From positions 1 to 53,942 of the forward strand of contig JAIQFJ010000001.1 in the NCBI GenBank assembly GCA_020073325.1: a DNA stretch of 53,942 nucleotides, given 5' to 3'. The notes below the pieces were generated by a model. That model worked only from the letters and a program-made list of their open reading frames with translations, was not told the DNA's origin and did no database searches. This document shows, one piece after another, positions 18,619 through 32,960 of the stretch (its first letter is position 1; every line of letters begins with the position of its first letter). Both the position numbers and the translations under genes were made by a program. This DNA comes from Terriglobia bacterium (GTDB lineage Bacteria; Acidobacteriota; Terriglobia; Bryobacterales; Bryobacteraceae).

Positions 18619-19734
18619 ATGTTCCGCTCGGGATTTCTCCTCGCTGCGCTCGCCTGCGCGCAGGCGCCGCAGCCCGAGGCGCGAAAGCTCATCGCGGAAT
18701 CCGCCGCCGCGATCAAAAAATATCAGAGCTACCGGCTCGAATCGATCGTCACCGTCGACCTCCGCGGCGCACGCATGGACAATCATCTCGAAATGCCTTC
18801 ATCGATCTCGGTGAGGCGTCCCGACCGGATGAAAATCCAGTCCCGCAGCCAGGCCGGGACCGTCAACATCGTCAGCGACGGCGAACACACCTGGTTCTAT
18901 CTTTCTGCGCTGAAGAAATACGTGAAGCGCGACGCCGTCGGGTCGCCCGAAGCCGCCGTCGGCAACTCCGGCCTGCTGCCGAAGAATTTGCCGGACCTGG
19001 AACATTCCATCAAATCCACCAGGATTACCGGCGAAGAAACGATCGACGTTGCCGGCGTTAAATATCCCTGCTGGACGGTCGAGACTGCTTACGGCCAGAT
19101 CCTTTTGCCGGAGCAGCACCTGGTGATTCGCAACGCGGTGCAGACCAGTTGGATCAGCAAGGCGGAAAAACTCAGCCTGCAAAACACGTTCCGCGGCGAA
19201 ATCGATCTGGCGGGCGTTTCCGAGCCCGTGCGGATGTCGCAATCCACGCGCACCACGCTGCTGCGCCTCAATCCCAAGCTGTTGGACTCGGAATTCGTCT
19301 TCACTCCTCCGGCGAATGCCAAGGAGACCGACGATTGGACCCTTCCCGGAATCGCCAAGCCCGACCTCGAAGGGAAGGCCGCGCCGGCGTTCAAGGCCGG
19401 CGGCGTCGATCTGGCCGCGCTGCGCGGCAAAGTGGTTCTGCTGAACATCGGAGCCGCATGGTGCGCGCCGTGCCGGCGTCAAATCGCGTTGTTTGAAAAG
19501 CTGCGCGCCGATTTACCGGATGTCGCGATCATCGGCATCAGCGTCGGCGACGCGCCGAAAGCTTCTTTTCCCATCGCTTCCATCGACGATTCGAACGATC
19601 TGCTCACCGCTCTTTCGATCAATTCCTATCCCACCGTCATCGTGATCGACCGCGCGGGAAACATCGCCGCCTACGAGGCCGGCGCGCAAACCGAAGAAGC
19701 GTTGCGGGCCATGCTCGCCAAGCTCGATAAGTGA
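18619..19734 (+). CDS. Secreted LolA-like / TlpA-like thioredoxin fusion protein
   Basis: Signal peptide. N-terminal half with LolA/DUF2092-like features (YRLES...DRMKIQS...DGEHTWFY). C-terminal LEGKAAPAF...GKVVLLNIGAAWCAPCRRQ CxxC thioredoxin fold. Confidence 0.7.
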   Translation: MFRSGFLLAALACAQAPQPEARKLIAESAAAIKKYQSYRLESIVTVDLRGARMDNHLEMPSSISVRRPDRMKIQSRSQAGTVNIVSDGEHTWFYLSALKKYVKRDAVGSPEAAVGNSGLLPKNLPDLEHSIKSTRITGEETIDVAGVKYPCWTVETAYGQILLPEQHLVIRNAVQTSWISKAEKLSLQNTFRGEIDLAGVSEPVRMSQSTRTTLLRLNPKLLDSEFVFTPPANAKETDDWTLPGIAKPDLEGKAAPAFKAGGVDLAALRGKVVLLNIGAAWCAPCRRQIALFEKLRADLPDVAIIGISVGDAPKASFPIASIDDSNDLLTALSINSYPTVIVIDRAGNIAAYEAGAQTEEALRAMLAKLDK

Positions 19735-19767
19735 ACGCGTGCTAACCTATTGTTTTGCGCGAAACCT

Positions 19768-20415
19768 ATGGCCGCCCATTCGGGGGCAAAGCTCGGCGAG
19801 ACTTTCGTCCTGCGCACTTACCCTTACAAGGAAGCCGATTTGATCGTGAGTTTCTTCACTCGTGACGAGGGAAAGCTCCGCGGAATCGCCCGTCGCGCGC
19901 GCAAGCCCAAAAGCGCGTTCGGCGCGGGCCTGGAGCGGATGTCGCATGTCCGCATGGCCTACTTTCAGCGCGAAAATGCCGACCTGGCGAATCTCACTTC
20001 GTGCGAGATGATTTCGTCACCATTTGATTTAGGGTCGGATTACGACCGCAGCCTCGCCCTCGATTTTATGACCGAGGCAGCCGAACATCTGCTGCCCGCG
20101 CACGAGCCGAACGAAAAATTCTTTCGCCTGATGATCGCCGTGGTGGCGTACCTCAAGTCCGGCGGCAGCGTGTGGGCCGCGGTGCTCTATTTCAGCCTGT
20201 GGGCCGTTCGTTTGTCCGGTGTTTTCCCGGAGATGCGGGTTCGAGCCGAGTCGGCCGAGATCGCCCATGAGATGCTGGAAAAACCGCTGTCGGCATTGAC
20301 CGCCCGCGAGTGGACCAAAACCACCGCCAGCGATCTTCGCCGCGCGCTGGTCCGCACCATGGAACAGCATGTCGAACGAAAATTTCTGACCGTTCCTCTT
20401 CTGGAGGCTTTGTAG
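19768..20415 (+). CDS. recO: DNA repair protein RecO
   Basis: [39 protein letters not shown]-fold N-terminus. ATG at 19768 preferred over TTG at 19750. Confidence 0.88.
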   Translation: MAAHSGAKLGETFVLRTYPYKEADLIVSFFTRDEGKLRGIARRARKPKSAFGAGLERMSHVRMAYFQRENADLANLTSCEMISSPFDLGSDYDRSLALDFMTEAAEHLLPAHEPNEKFFRLMIAVVAYLKSGGSVWAAVLYFSLWAVRLSGVFPEMRVRAESAEIAHEMLEKPLSALTAREWTKTTASDLRRALVRTMEQHVERKFLTVPLLEAL

Positions 20416-20416
20416 A

Positions 20417-21292
20417 TTGGACACATTCCAAGAAACCGTTTTCAAACTGAAGCGCTACTGGGCGGAGCGCGGCGCGATCGTCGAGGAAGCGTACGATACC
20501 GAGGTCGGCGCCGGCACCATGTGCCCCGAAACGTTTCTGCGCGTGCTTGGGCCGAAGCCGTATCGGGTCGCTTACGTCCAGCCCAGCCGCCGTCCGGCCG
20601 ATGGCCGCTATGGCGAAAATCCGAATCGCTTATACAAACACCAGCAGCTTCAGGTGATTCTCAAGCCGTCGCCGGAGGACGTGATCGATTTATACCTGGG
20701 CTCGATCGAAGCCATCGGGATCGATCTCAAGAAACACGACATCAAGTTCGAGGAAGACAACTGGGAAGCGCCGACGCTGGGCGCCTGGGGAATCGGCTGG
20801 CAGGTCACGCTCGACGGACTCGAAATTTCGCAATTCACCTATTTCCAGCAGTGCGGCGGCTTCGATCTGGACCTGGTTCCGGCGGAGCTGACCTACGGGC
20901 TGGAGCGCATCGTGCAGTTCCTGCAAAACGTCGAAAGCGTTTACGACATCGAATGGGCGCCGGGTGTGAAATATTCCGATGTGCGTTTCGCCGACGAGCT
21001 GCAATCGTCGGTCTACAACTTCGAGATGGCCGATGTCGATTGGCTGAACAAAGCCTTCAGCTTGAATGCCGAGGGCTGCAAGAACCTTCTCAGTAAATAT
21101 GATCCGAAGTCAGGGGACAAGAATCGTTTTCCTTTAATCTCTGCTTATGAGCAGGTTCTTAAATGCTCGCACCTATTCAATATTCTCGACGCACGGGGTG
21201 CGATTTCTGTGACTGAGCGAACGGGCATGATGCACTACATTCGAACGATGGCTGTGGATTGCGCGAAGGCGTGGGTGGATCAACAGTCGTGA
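20417..21292 (+). CDS. glyQ: Glycine--tRNA ligase alpha subunit
   Basis: [37 protein letters not shown] and [22 protein letters not shown] motifs. TTG start. Confidence 0.95.
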   Translation: MDTFQETVFKLKRYWAERGAIVEEAYDTEVGAGTMCPETFLRVLGPKPYRVAYVQPSRRPADGRYGENPNRLYKHQQLQVILKPSPEDVIDLYLGSIEAIGIDLKKHDIKFEEDNWEAPTLGAWGIGWQVTLDGLEISQFTYFQQCGGFDLDLVPAELTYGLERIVQFLQNVESVYDIEWAPGVKYSDVRFADELQSSVYNFEMADVDWLNKAFSLNAEGCKNLLSKYDPKSGDKNRFPLISAYEQVLKCSHLFNILDARGAISVTERTGMMHYIRTMAVDCAKAWVDQQS

Positions 21293-23213
21293 ATTTCCTT
21301 CTAGAGATTGGCACCGAAGAAGTACCGCATTGGATGATCCCGTCGGCGCTCGACCAGCTTGCGAAGTTCGATCTGCTGGGCGCGGCTCCGCTGGTGGACG
21401 CGACGCCCCGGCGGCTGGTGGTGAAAGCGGGTGGAGTGCCGGAACGGACGCCGGATCAGGAACTGGTCGTGAAGGGTCCGCCGCTTTCGGCGGGAGAAAA
21501 AGCGGCTGCGGGATTTGCAAAGAAACAGGGCGTCGAGCTGTCGGCGATGCAGAAGATTGGCGATTATTACGAACTGCGCAAGACCGTTCCAGGGCGCCCC
21601 TCGATCGATATTCTGGCCGAATATTTGCCCGCGGCAATCGTCGGGCTGCAATGGCCGAAGACGATGTACTGGACCGCGAAGCACGGCCCGCGGTTCATTC
21701 GTCCGATTCGCTGGATTGTCGCGCTGCTGGACGATCAGGTGATTCCGTTTGAGATCGCCGGCGTGAAGAGCGGCAACGTATCGCGCGGACATCGCCAACT
21801 GGGCGCGGCGGCGATTCCGGTCACCGTTGAAAACTACAACGAGCAATTGCGGAAGAATTTCGTCCTGCTCTCGTCGCACGAGCGGCGGCACAAGATCGAA
21901 AAAGAAGCGGCGGCGCTGGGTGCGAAGATCGATCACGATCTGCTCGAAACGCTGACCTTCATCACCGAATACCCGGCGGCGATCCGCGGAGATTTCGATC
22001 CGAAATATCTGGAACTGCCCGCGGAAGTGCTGACCACCGTGATGCGGCATCACCAGAAATATTTTTCGGTGGAATCGAAACCCGGTGTGCTGGCCCCGAA
22101 TTTCGTTGCGGTGATGAACACGTCTGGCGATCCGGACGGGCTCGTCAAGCACGGCAATGAGCGCGTGCTGAAGGCTCGCTTCAACGACGCGCGGTTTTTC
22201 TGGAACGTCGATCAGCAGCGGACTCTGGAGCAGCGCGTCGACGATCTGGCCAAAGTGACTTTCCACGTCAAGCTCGGCTCGTATTTGCAAAAGACGGAAC
22301 GAGTGGTGGAACTGGTTCGCGAGTTGGCCGGAGGCCCGGATGCGGAACGCGCGGCTCGATTGTCGAAGACCGATCTGACGACGGAGATGGTGAAGGAGTT
22401 CACCGAACTTCAAGGCGTCGTCGGCGGGCTCTACGCGCGAGCGCAAGGAGAATCGGAAGCGGTCGCGCGCGCGATTTACGATCACTATAAGCCGGTCAGC
22501 ATGGATGACGATATTCCTTATACGCGCGAAGGACAGATCGTTTCGATCGCCGACAAGCTCGACACGCTGCGCGAATGTTTCAAGGCCGGGATGATCCCCA
22601 GCGGATCGAAAGATCCCTTCGCGCTCAGAAGAGCCGCGCAGGGCGTCGTGAAAATTCTGGTCGAAGCAAAACTCCATTACGACTTCTACGCTCTGCTCGC
22701 GCCGGAGTTGCAGGACTTCATGATCGAGCGCGTCCAGCACTACTTCCGCGAAGTCCGTGGATTCAAGTACGACGAAGTCAACGCCGTGCTCGCCTCGAGC
22801 CGGGGAACTCTGGCCGACGTCGAGGATCGTCTCAAAGCGCTCGCGGACGTGCGGCCCACGGAAAATTTCGAGCCGCTGGCCGCGAGCTTCAAGCGCATCC
22901 GCAATATTTTGAAGCAGGCCGATTTCGAAGCGGACGGCGGACTAAAGGATTCGCTGCTCGAAGCCGGTCCGGAGCGGGATCTGTACACGGCCTACCAGCG
23001 TGTGCAAAAAGAGATTCAGGGCGCGGGCTATCGTACGGCTCTGGAAAAGATCGCATCGCTACGGCCGCAGGTCGATCTGTTCTTCGATAAGGTCCTGGTC
23101 AACGCGAAGGAGCCCGAAGTGCGCATCAACCGGCTCACGCTGTTATCCGATCTGCTCACCGAATTTTCTACCATCGCCGATTTCTCGGAAATCGTTACCG
23201 CAGGAGAACAAAA

Positions 23214-23217
<4 letters not shown>
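21289..23217 (+). CDS. glyS: Glycine--tRNA ligase beta subunit
   Basis: [16 protein letters not shown]-terminus. The GTG overlaps the glyQ TGA (GTGA). Roughly 640 aa of GlyS-like sequence. Confidence 0.93.
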
Positions 23218-25961
<2,744 letters not shown>

Positions 25962-25969
25962 TTAAGGAT

Positions 25970-26009
25970 GCCGCAGGGGAACCCCGCGTAGTCGGCGCTC
26001 CCCTGCGGC
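25970..26009 (+). terminator. Hairpin downstream of ppdK (candidate terminator or attenuating structure)
   Basis: Perfect 11-bp stem GCCGCAGGGGA / TCCCCTGCGGC with an 18-nt loop, 9 nt after the stop. No clear U-tract. Confidence 0.45.
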
Positions 26010-26251
26010 TGTCGAGTTGTAACGTTGCCGGCGGGAATCGCCCCTACCCCCGTAAGAAATGCCACCTAATTCGCAGAAATTTTTCCGATTGAGGAATTTT
26101 TTCTGCTTCTTCGCTCCCCATCTTTCTGTAACTGTGCCATACTGAAGGCGGTTCGAAATCGCAGTTGCAGGGCGCAGGAACCAGCGCGGCGGACTTTTGT
26201 CCACTAGGTCTCGCGGTTTTCTCCCTCGCTGTTTGAGGTGTGTGCAGGAAA

Positions 26252-27604
26252 ATGCAGAGACGTACCGCACTGGCGGCCTTGTTCGGCGCGCCCCTTGCAT
26301 TCAAGAGCGGTCTACAGGCCGCGACTCTTCGGAAAACCGACGATGAGTTTCTGGACGATCTTTCCAGATGCGCGTTTCGCTATTTCTGGGAGCAAGCAGA
26401 TCCCCAAACCGGCCTGATCCTCGATCGCGCGCGATCGACAGGCGAGCGTGTCACCGGCGGAGGCGCAAACGTTGCAAGTATCGCCGCCACCGGGTTCGGG
26501 CTCACCGCCCTTGCCATCGCCTCCGACCGCAACTGGGTCCGCGAGCGCGACGCGATCGAGCGCGCTCGCAAAACGCTTCGCTTCTTTTTCAATCAGGCCG
26601 AGAACGAGCGCGGATGGTTCTATCACTTCATGGACGCGTCGAGCGGCCAGCGCGTGTGGAACTCCGAGGCATCGTCGATCGACACCGCGCTGCTGCTGGC
26701 CGGAGTCCTCACGGTACGCGATAAATTTCGCGATCCCGAAATTTCCTGGCTCGCGGCGCAGATTTACGCGCGCATCGATTTTCCATGGATGCTGGACGGC
26801 GATTCCAATTTGCTGTCGCACGGTTGGACGCCCGAAAACGGATTCCTGCCGCATCGCTGGGATCGCTTTTCGGAGCTGCCGCTGCTGTATATTCTGGCGA
26901 TCGGGTCGCCGCGGTCGCCGATTTCTCCGGCGTCGTGGTACGCGTGGCAGCGGCCCACCGTCACCTATGCCGGATTCACCTACGTCAACGGACCGCCGCC
27001 GCTGTTCGCCTACCAATATCCGCAAGCCTGGATCGACATGCGCGCCCTGCGCGACGGCGATCCTTCGAGCATCGATTACTTCCATAACTCCACCGTCGCG
27101 ACGCGCGCGCATCGCGCTTATTGCCTGGAAATGTCGTCGAAATTTCCGCGCAGCTATTCGGAAAACGTGTGGGGCATCACGGCGTCGGACAGCGCGAAGG
27201 GATACGTCGATTGGGGAATCGCGCCCTGCAAGGTGGAAATCGACGGCACCGTGGTGCCCTGCGCCGCCGCCGGATCGCTAATGTTCGCGCCCGACATTTG
27301 CGTCCCCGCCGTGCGCACCATGTGGGAGCGGTTCGGCGACAGAATCTGGGGACGCTACGGATTCTGCGATGCCTTCAATCCCACCACGGGCTGGATCGAT
27401 CCCGACGTGCTCGGCATCGATCAGGGAATCACGCTGGTGAGCGCGGAAAATCTGCGCGGCGGCAACGTGTGGCGCTGGTTTATGGGAAACGCGGAGATTC
27501 CCAAGGCGCTCGAACTGTGCCGCTTCCACCGCGATTCCGATCCGCGCACCGAAGTTGCGCGGCGCGAGCTGATGCGTCAGTTCACGTTAGTGAACAGGAA
27601 ATAA
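26252..27604 (+). CDS. Tat-exported glucoamylase-like / GH144-like (beta-1,2-glucanase family) protein
   Basis: MQRRTALAALFGAPLAF twin-Arg leader. FRYFWEQADPQTGLILDRA and ...YGFCDAFNP... motifs typical of the putative glucoamylase (DUF3131/GH144) family. Confidence 0.7.
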   Translation: MQRRTALAALFGAPLAFKSGLQAATLRKTDDEFLDDLSRCAFRYFWEQADPQTGLILDRARSTGERVTGGGANVASIAATGFGLTALAIASDRNWVRERDAIERARKTLRFFFNQAENERGWFYHFMDASSGQRVWNSEASSIDTALLLAGVLTVRDKFRDPEISWLAAQIYARIDFPWMLDGDSNLLSHGWTPENGFLPHRWDRFSELPLLYILAIGSPRSPISPASWYAWQRPTVTYAGFTYVNGPPPLFAYQYPQAWIDMRALRDGDPSSIDYFHNSTVATRAHRAYCLEMSSKFPRSYSENVWGITASDSAKGYVDWGIAPCKVEIDGTVVPCAAAGSLMFAPDICVPAVRTMWERFGDRIWGRYGFCDAFNPTTGWIDPDVLGIDQGITLVSAENLRGGNVWRWFMGNAEIPKALELCRFHRDSDPRTEVARRELMRQFTLVNRK

Positions 27605-28536
27605 TCGTAAACCGTCCGCGAGATCTGCGCGATCGCGCGCTCGCTCACTTCGGGCTTCGAGCCCTGCTTCACGAACAGCGCGATCACCACGTGTCCCGCG
27701 TCGCCCGGCAGCGTGACGATGCCGACGTCGTTCACGGTTCCACCGATCGATCCGGTCTTGTGCGCGACCGTCGTGTCGGGCGGCAGCATCCCTTTAATCC
27801 GCGCGTCGCCGGTCTGGCAGCGGCGCATGATGTCGAGCAGCAGGTCCGCCGTCTCGGGTTTGTGCAGCTTGCGCGCATAAATCATTTCGAGCAGTGCGGC
27901 CATGGCGTCGGGTTGCGCGGTGTCGCGCTCGTCGTGATTGAAGCGGTCGACCGCGATCTTGCGCTGTTCCGGTGTCACTGCCTGGTAAAGTTTCGACCAG
28001 GTCTCCGGACGCCATTCCTTTTCCGGCGGCGGCGTCGCGCCGATCCAGTCTGAAATCAGCCCGACCGTCGGACGATTCACACTGATCCCCGTGATCCCGA
28101 GCGAGCGCATCTTCGAAGTGACCGCCTCCGGTCCGCCCGCGAGCCGCAGGACCATATCGGTCGCGCTATTGTCGCTGATCAGCAGCATCAGCTCCATCAG
28201 ATTGCGGACGCTGAGCGAAACGCCGGGCTTGTTGAACAGATTACTCAACGTGCCGCTGCCCGGATGCAGATCCTGCGGCTCGACGGTGACCATCTGGTCG
28301 AGCTTCACCTCGCCGCGATCGACGCGCGAAAGAAGCTGCACCGCGATCGGGACCTTGAACGAGCTCGCCATGGGAAACCGCTCCGTGCCGTGCAGCGCCA
28401 CGCGGCGATTCGATTCCAGATGCACGGCGCTGAGCCCCACCACACCATCCGTAATTTTCGCGAGCCGCTCAATTTCGTTCTCCAGACGGTCGGCCGCAAA
28501 CAGCGGAATCGCAAGCAACAGCAGCGCGAATTTCAT
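27577..28536 (-). CDS. Class A beta-lactamase-family serine hydrolase (secreted)
   Basis: Signal peptide MKFALLLLAIPLFA. SxxK (ASSFK), SDN (LISDNSA) and KTG (AHKTGS) motifs. No obvious E166-type omega-loop Glu seen. Track start 28692 rejected. Confidence 0.8.
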   Translation of the reverse strand: MKFALLLLAIPLFAADRLENEIERLAKITDGVVGLSAVHLESNRRVALHGTERFPMASSFKVPIAVQLLSRVDRGEVKLDQMVTVEPQDLHPGSGTLSNLFNKPGVSLSVRNLMELMLLISDNSATDMVLRLAGGPEAVTSKMRSLGITGISVNRPTVGLISDWIGATPPPEKEWRPETWSKLYQAVTPEQRKIAVDRFNHDERDTAQPDAMAALLEMIYARKLHKPETADLLLDIMRRCQTGDARIKGMLPPDTTVAHKTGSIGGTVNDVGIVTLPGDAGHVVIALFVKQGSKPEVSERAIAQISRTVYDYFLFTNVN

Positions 28537-28561
28537 GGACGCTATTGTACACGCGACGCTC

Positions 28562-29272
28562 TCAGGCGGGCACTCCGCGAAGCAACTCTTCCGCGTAGAG
28601 CGCGCCCGCCGGGGTGTCCTCGTGTTTGAAAAAAACGTACACATCGCGTCCCTGGTCCAGCAATCCGCGGACGCGCGACGCGATCTCCGCACGTTCTTCC
28701 GCGCTGTAGTCTTCCTTGCGAAGGCGCGAATAGACGAAGTCCGCGGTGATCACGTGCGGCACTTCCAGACGGTCCGATTCGGCCAGGCACAGCGCGACAC
28801 GATGCTTTTCGAGCAGCCGATACACGTCATCGACCAGCCAGGTCGGGTTGCGAAATTCAAAGGCGTAGCGCAGCTCAGGCGGCAGTTTTTCGAGAAACGC
28901 GGCCAGCAGCGCGACATCCGCCTTGAAATTCGGTGCGAGTTGAAACAGCACCGGACCCAATCGCCGCGCCGACCGCAGCGGATCGATGGCTTTGAAGAAG
29001 ACCGCGTTAAATTCCGATTCCTTCAAGCGCAGGATATGCGTGATCCGCTGATGCGCCTTGCAGGCGAAAACGAAACCCGCGGGCGTCGCCGCGACCCAGT
29101 TTTCAAGCGTCGAAGCCGACGGCAATTGGCGGAACGTGTAGTTGATTTCCACCGAATTGAGCCGCGTCGCATAGTGCTTCAGGAAATTCTTCGCGGGGAC
29201 GTTTTTCGGATAAAACCCCGGCTTCCAGCTCGCATAAGCGAACCCCGACGTTCCCGCATAGAGTTGAGCCAT
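28562..29272 (-). CDS. DUF72 (YecE-like) family protein
   Basis: YAGTSGFAYASWKPGFYP...FLKHYATRLNSVEINYTFRQLP N-terminus is characteristic of DUF72. Confidence 0.85.
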   Translation of the reverse strand: MAQLYAGTSGFAYASWKPGFYPKNVPAKNFLKHYATRLNSVEINYTFRQLPSASTLENWVAATPAGFVFACKAHQRITHILRLKESEFNAVFFKAIDPLRSARRLGPVLFQLAPNFKADVALLAAFLEKLPPELRYAFEFRNPTWLVDDVYRLLEKHRVALCLAESDRLEVPHVITADFVYSRLRKEDYSAEERAEIASRVRGLLDQGRDVYVFFKHEDTPAGALYAEELLRGVPA

Positions 29273-29379
29273 GCGGCTAATTTATCGCAACGGCCCGGCG
29301 GCGCGTTGCGATCGAAACCCGGGAACCCGGAAAAAGAGCTAGTTGCGCAACCCCCCGTCCGGACACGAGACTAGGGGTA

Positions 29380-31266
<1,887 letters not shown>

Positions 31267-31270
31267 GCCG

Positions 31271-31714
31271 TTACGACGCGTTCTGATCGCGCGCCGCGCG
31301 CGTCGCCAGCTCGTCGCAGCGATTGTTGTCCTCGTGATCCGCATGCCCCTTGGTCCAGGTCCACTGCATGCGATGCTTCGAAACCAGCTCGTCCAGCTCC
31401 ATCCACAGGTCCTGATTCACCACCGGCTTCTTGGCCGACGTCTTCCATCCGTTGCGCTTCCAACCGTGGATCCACTGCGTGATGCCGTTCTTCAGATATT
31501 CCGAATCGGTGACCACCTCCACCTCGCACGGCTCCTTCAGCGCGCGCAATCCTTCGATCGCCGCCGTCAGTTCCATCCGGTTGTTGGTGGTCTGCGGAGC
31601 CGATCCGAACATCTCGCGCGTATGGCCGTTATAACGCAGGATGCTGGCCCATCCGCCCGGTCCGGGATTGCCGAGGCACGCGCCGTCGGTGATCAGTTGG
31701 ACACGTTTCATCAT
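31271..31714 (-). CDS. rnhA: Ribonuclease HI
   Basis: TDGACLGNPGPGGW, TNNRMEL, VTDSEY and WTKGHADHEDNNRCDELA catalytic motifs. Confidence 0.95.
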   Translation of the reverse strand: MMKRVQLITDGACLGNPGPGGWASILRYNGHTREMFGSAPQTTNNRMELTAAIEGLRALKEPCEVEVVTDSEYLKNGITQWIHGWKRNGWKTSAKKPVVNQDLWMELDELVSKHRMQWTWTKGHADHEDNNRCDELATRAARDQNAS

Positions 31715-31731
31715 CTTCTATCATAGAAAGG

Positions 31732-32523
31732 ATGGCGGACCTTCCTCCCCAAAAGCCGCAGCAGGACGGCGGCGCACCTCTGGTCCCGATACCGATGAGC
31801 GCCGACGATCTCGCGCGCGGCAAACGCCGCATCGTGCTGACGATTTCGGCAATCTCGGTCGTCCTCCTCGCCGTCGCCGGGCTGCTTTATAAGCGCTGGA
31901 CCGATCCGGTGCGCGCCCAGGAATCCTACGACTCCGGCGTGCATCTTTTCGCGATCGCACGCTACGATCAGGCGATTCTTTCTTTCGACCGTGCAGGGCA
32001 GCTCAAGCCGGAAATGGCCGATGCGTTCCTGATGCGCGCCCGCTCCTATCTCGGGTTATCCAAAAACGACGAGGCGATTCGCGATTTTACGCACGTGATT
32101 GAGATGCGGCCCAGCGACGCGCACGCCCTGGTCGAACGCGGCGCGACCTATCTCGAAATCAAAGATTTTCCCTCGGCCCTGGAGGATGCGAATCGCGCCG
32201 TGGCGATTGACGGCAATTTCGCGCGCGCCTTCAATCTTCGCGGCCTGGTGGTCCGCGCCATGGGCGATTCGGAAAAGGCGCTCGCCGATTTCACGCGCGC
32301 CATTGCATTGGAGCCGACCGAAGACAACTACTATCAGCGCGGCGCCACCTACCAGATGCTCGGCCGCCATCGCGAGGCCATCACCGATTTCGACCAGGTG
32401 ATCGCCTTCAAACCCGACGGAGCCCCCGCCTATTTCGCGCGCGCCGAATCCCGCCGCGCCCTCGGCGATATCAAAGGAGCCGACGCCGACCACCACCAGG
32501 GCCGCGTCATCGACGGCCGCTGA
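31732..32523 (+). CDS. Membrane-anchored TPR-repeat protein
   Basis: TM segment IVLTISAISVVLLAVAGLLY followed by about six TPR-like units (A..F..AI.L.P..A.AY..RG). Confidence 0.8.
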   Translation: MADLPPQKPQQDGGAPLVPIPMSADDLARGKRRIVLTISAISVVLLAVAGLLYKRWTDPVRAQESYDSGVHLFAIARYDQAILSFDRAGQLKPEMADAFLMRARSYLGLSKNDEAIRDFTHVIEMRPSDAHALVERGATYLEIKDFPSALEDANRAVAIDGNFARAFNLRGLVVRAMGDSEKALADFTRAIALEPTEDNYYQRGATYQMLGRHREAITDFDQVIAFKPDGAPAYFARAESRRALGDIKGADADHHQGRVIDGR

Positions 32524-32828
32524 ACGCACTCCTCAAGAACACTCAACTTTGACAGGAACGTGGGGCCGCTCGTCGAGCGGCAAGCCGGCAGCCATGCCGG
32601 CTGATCCGGAAACTCCGTCTTCACGTGGAACTGGCGCGATCTTTCCACCCGGGCAGCCTCGGCGATATCAAAGGAGCCGGCGCCGACCACCACCAGGGCC
32701 GCGTCATCGACGGCCGCTAAACGCACTACTCAAGAACACTCAACTTTGACAAAAACGTGGGGCCGCTCGTCGAGCGGCGAGCCGGCAGCCATGCCGGCTG
32801 ATCCGGAAACTCCGTCTTCACGTGGAAC
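32460..32828. repeat. Tandem duplication: two 172-bp copies with a 197-bp period, carrying the TPR gene 3' end plus a family-B element
   Basis: Copy 1 is 32460-32631 and copy 2 is 32657-32828. They differ at only a few positions by eye (for example GAC/GGC and TGA/TAA). Each includes the last roughly 60 nt of the TPR ORF and its stop. Confidence 0.9.
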
Positions 32829-32960
32829 CCGAAAGCCGCGCCAGTAATGGCGCGGGCCGATCTCTCTACCCAGACAGCCCAAAGTTACCGCCCGTGACTT
32901 AGCACGAACTCGCTCTTGCGACCCACTTCTCAGGTACAATCTTTCAAACAAGGAGAGCCC

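Noticed and set aside
26140-26180. T-loop-like GGTTCGAAATC suggesting a tRNA
   Set aside because: No matching acceptor stem, anticodon arm or D arm could be built from the flanking sequence.
32460-32828. Possible CRISPR array
   Set aside because: There are only two copies of a 172-bp unit with a 25-bp spacer. The unit includes a gene 3' end and no cas genes are present. This is a tandem duplication, not a CRISPR array.
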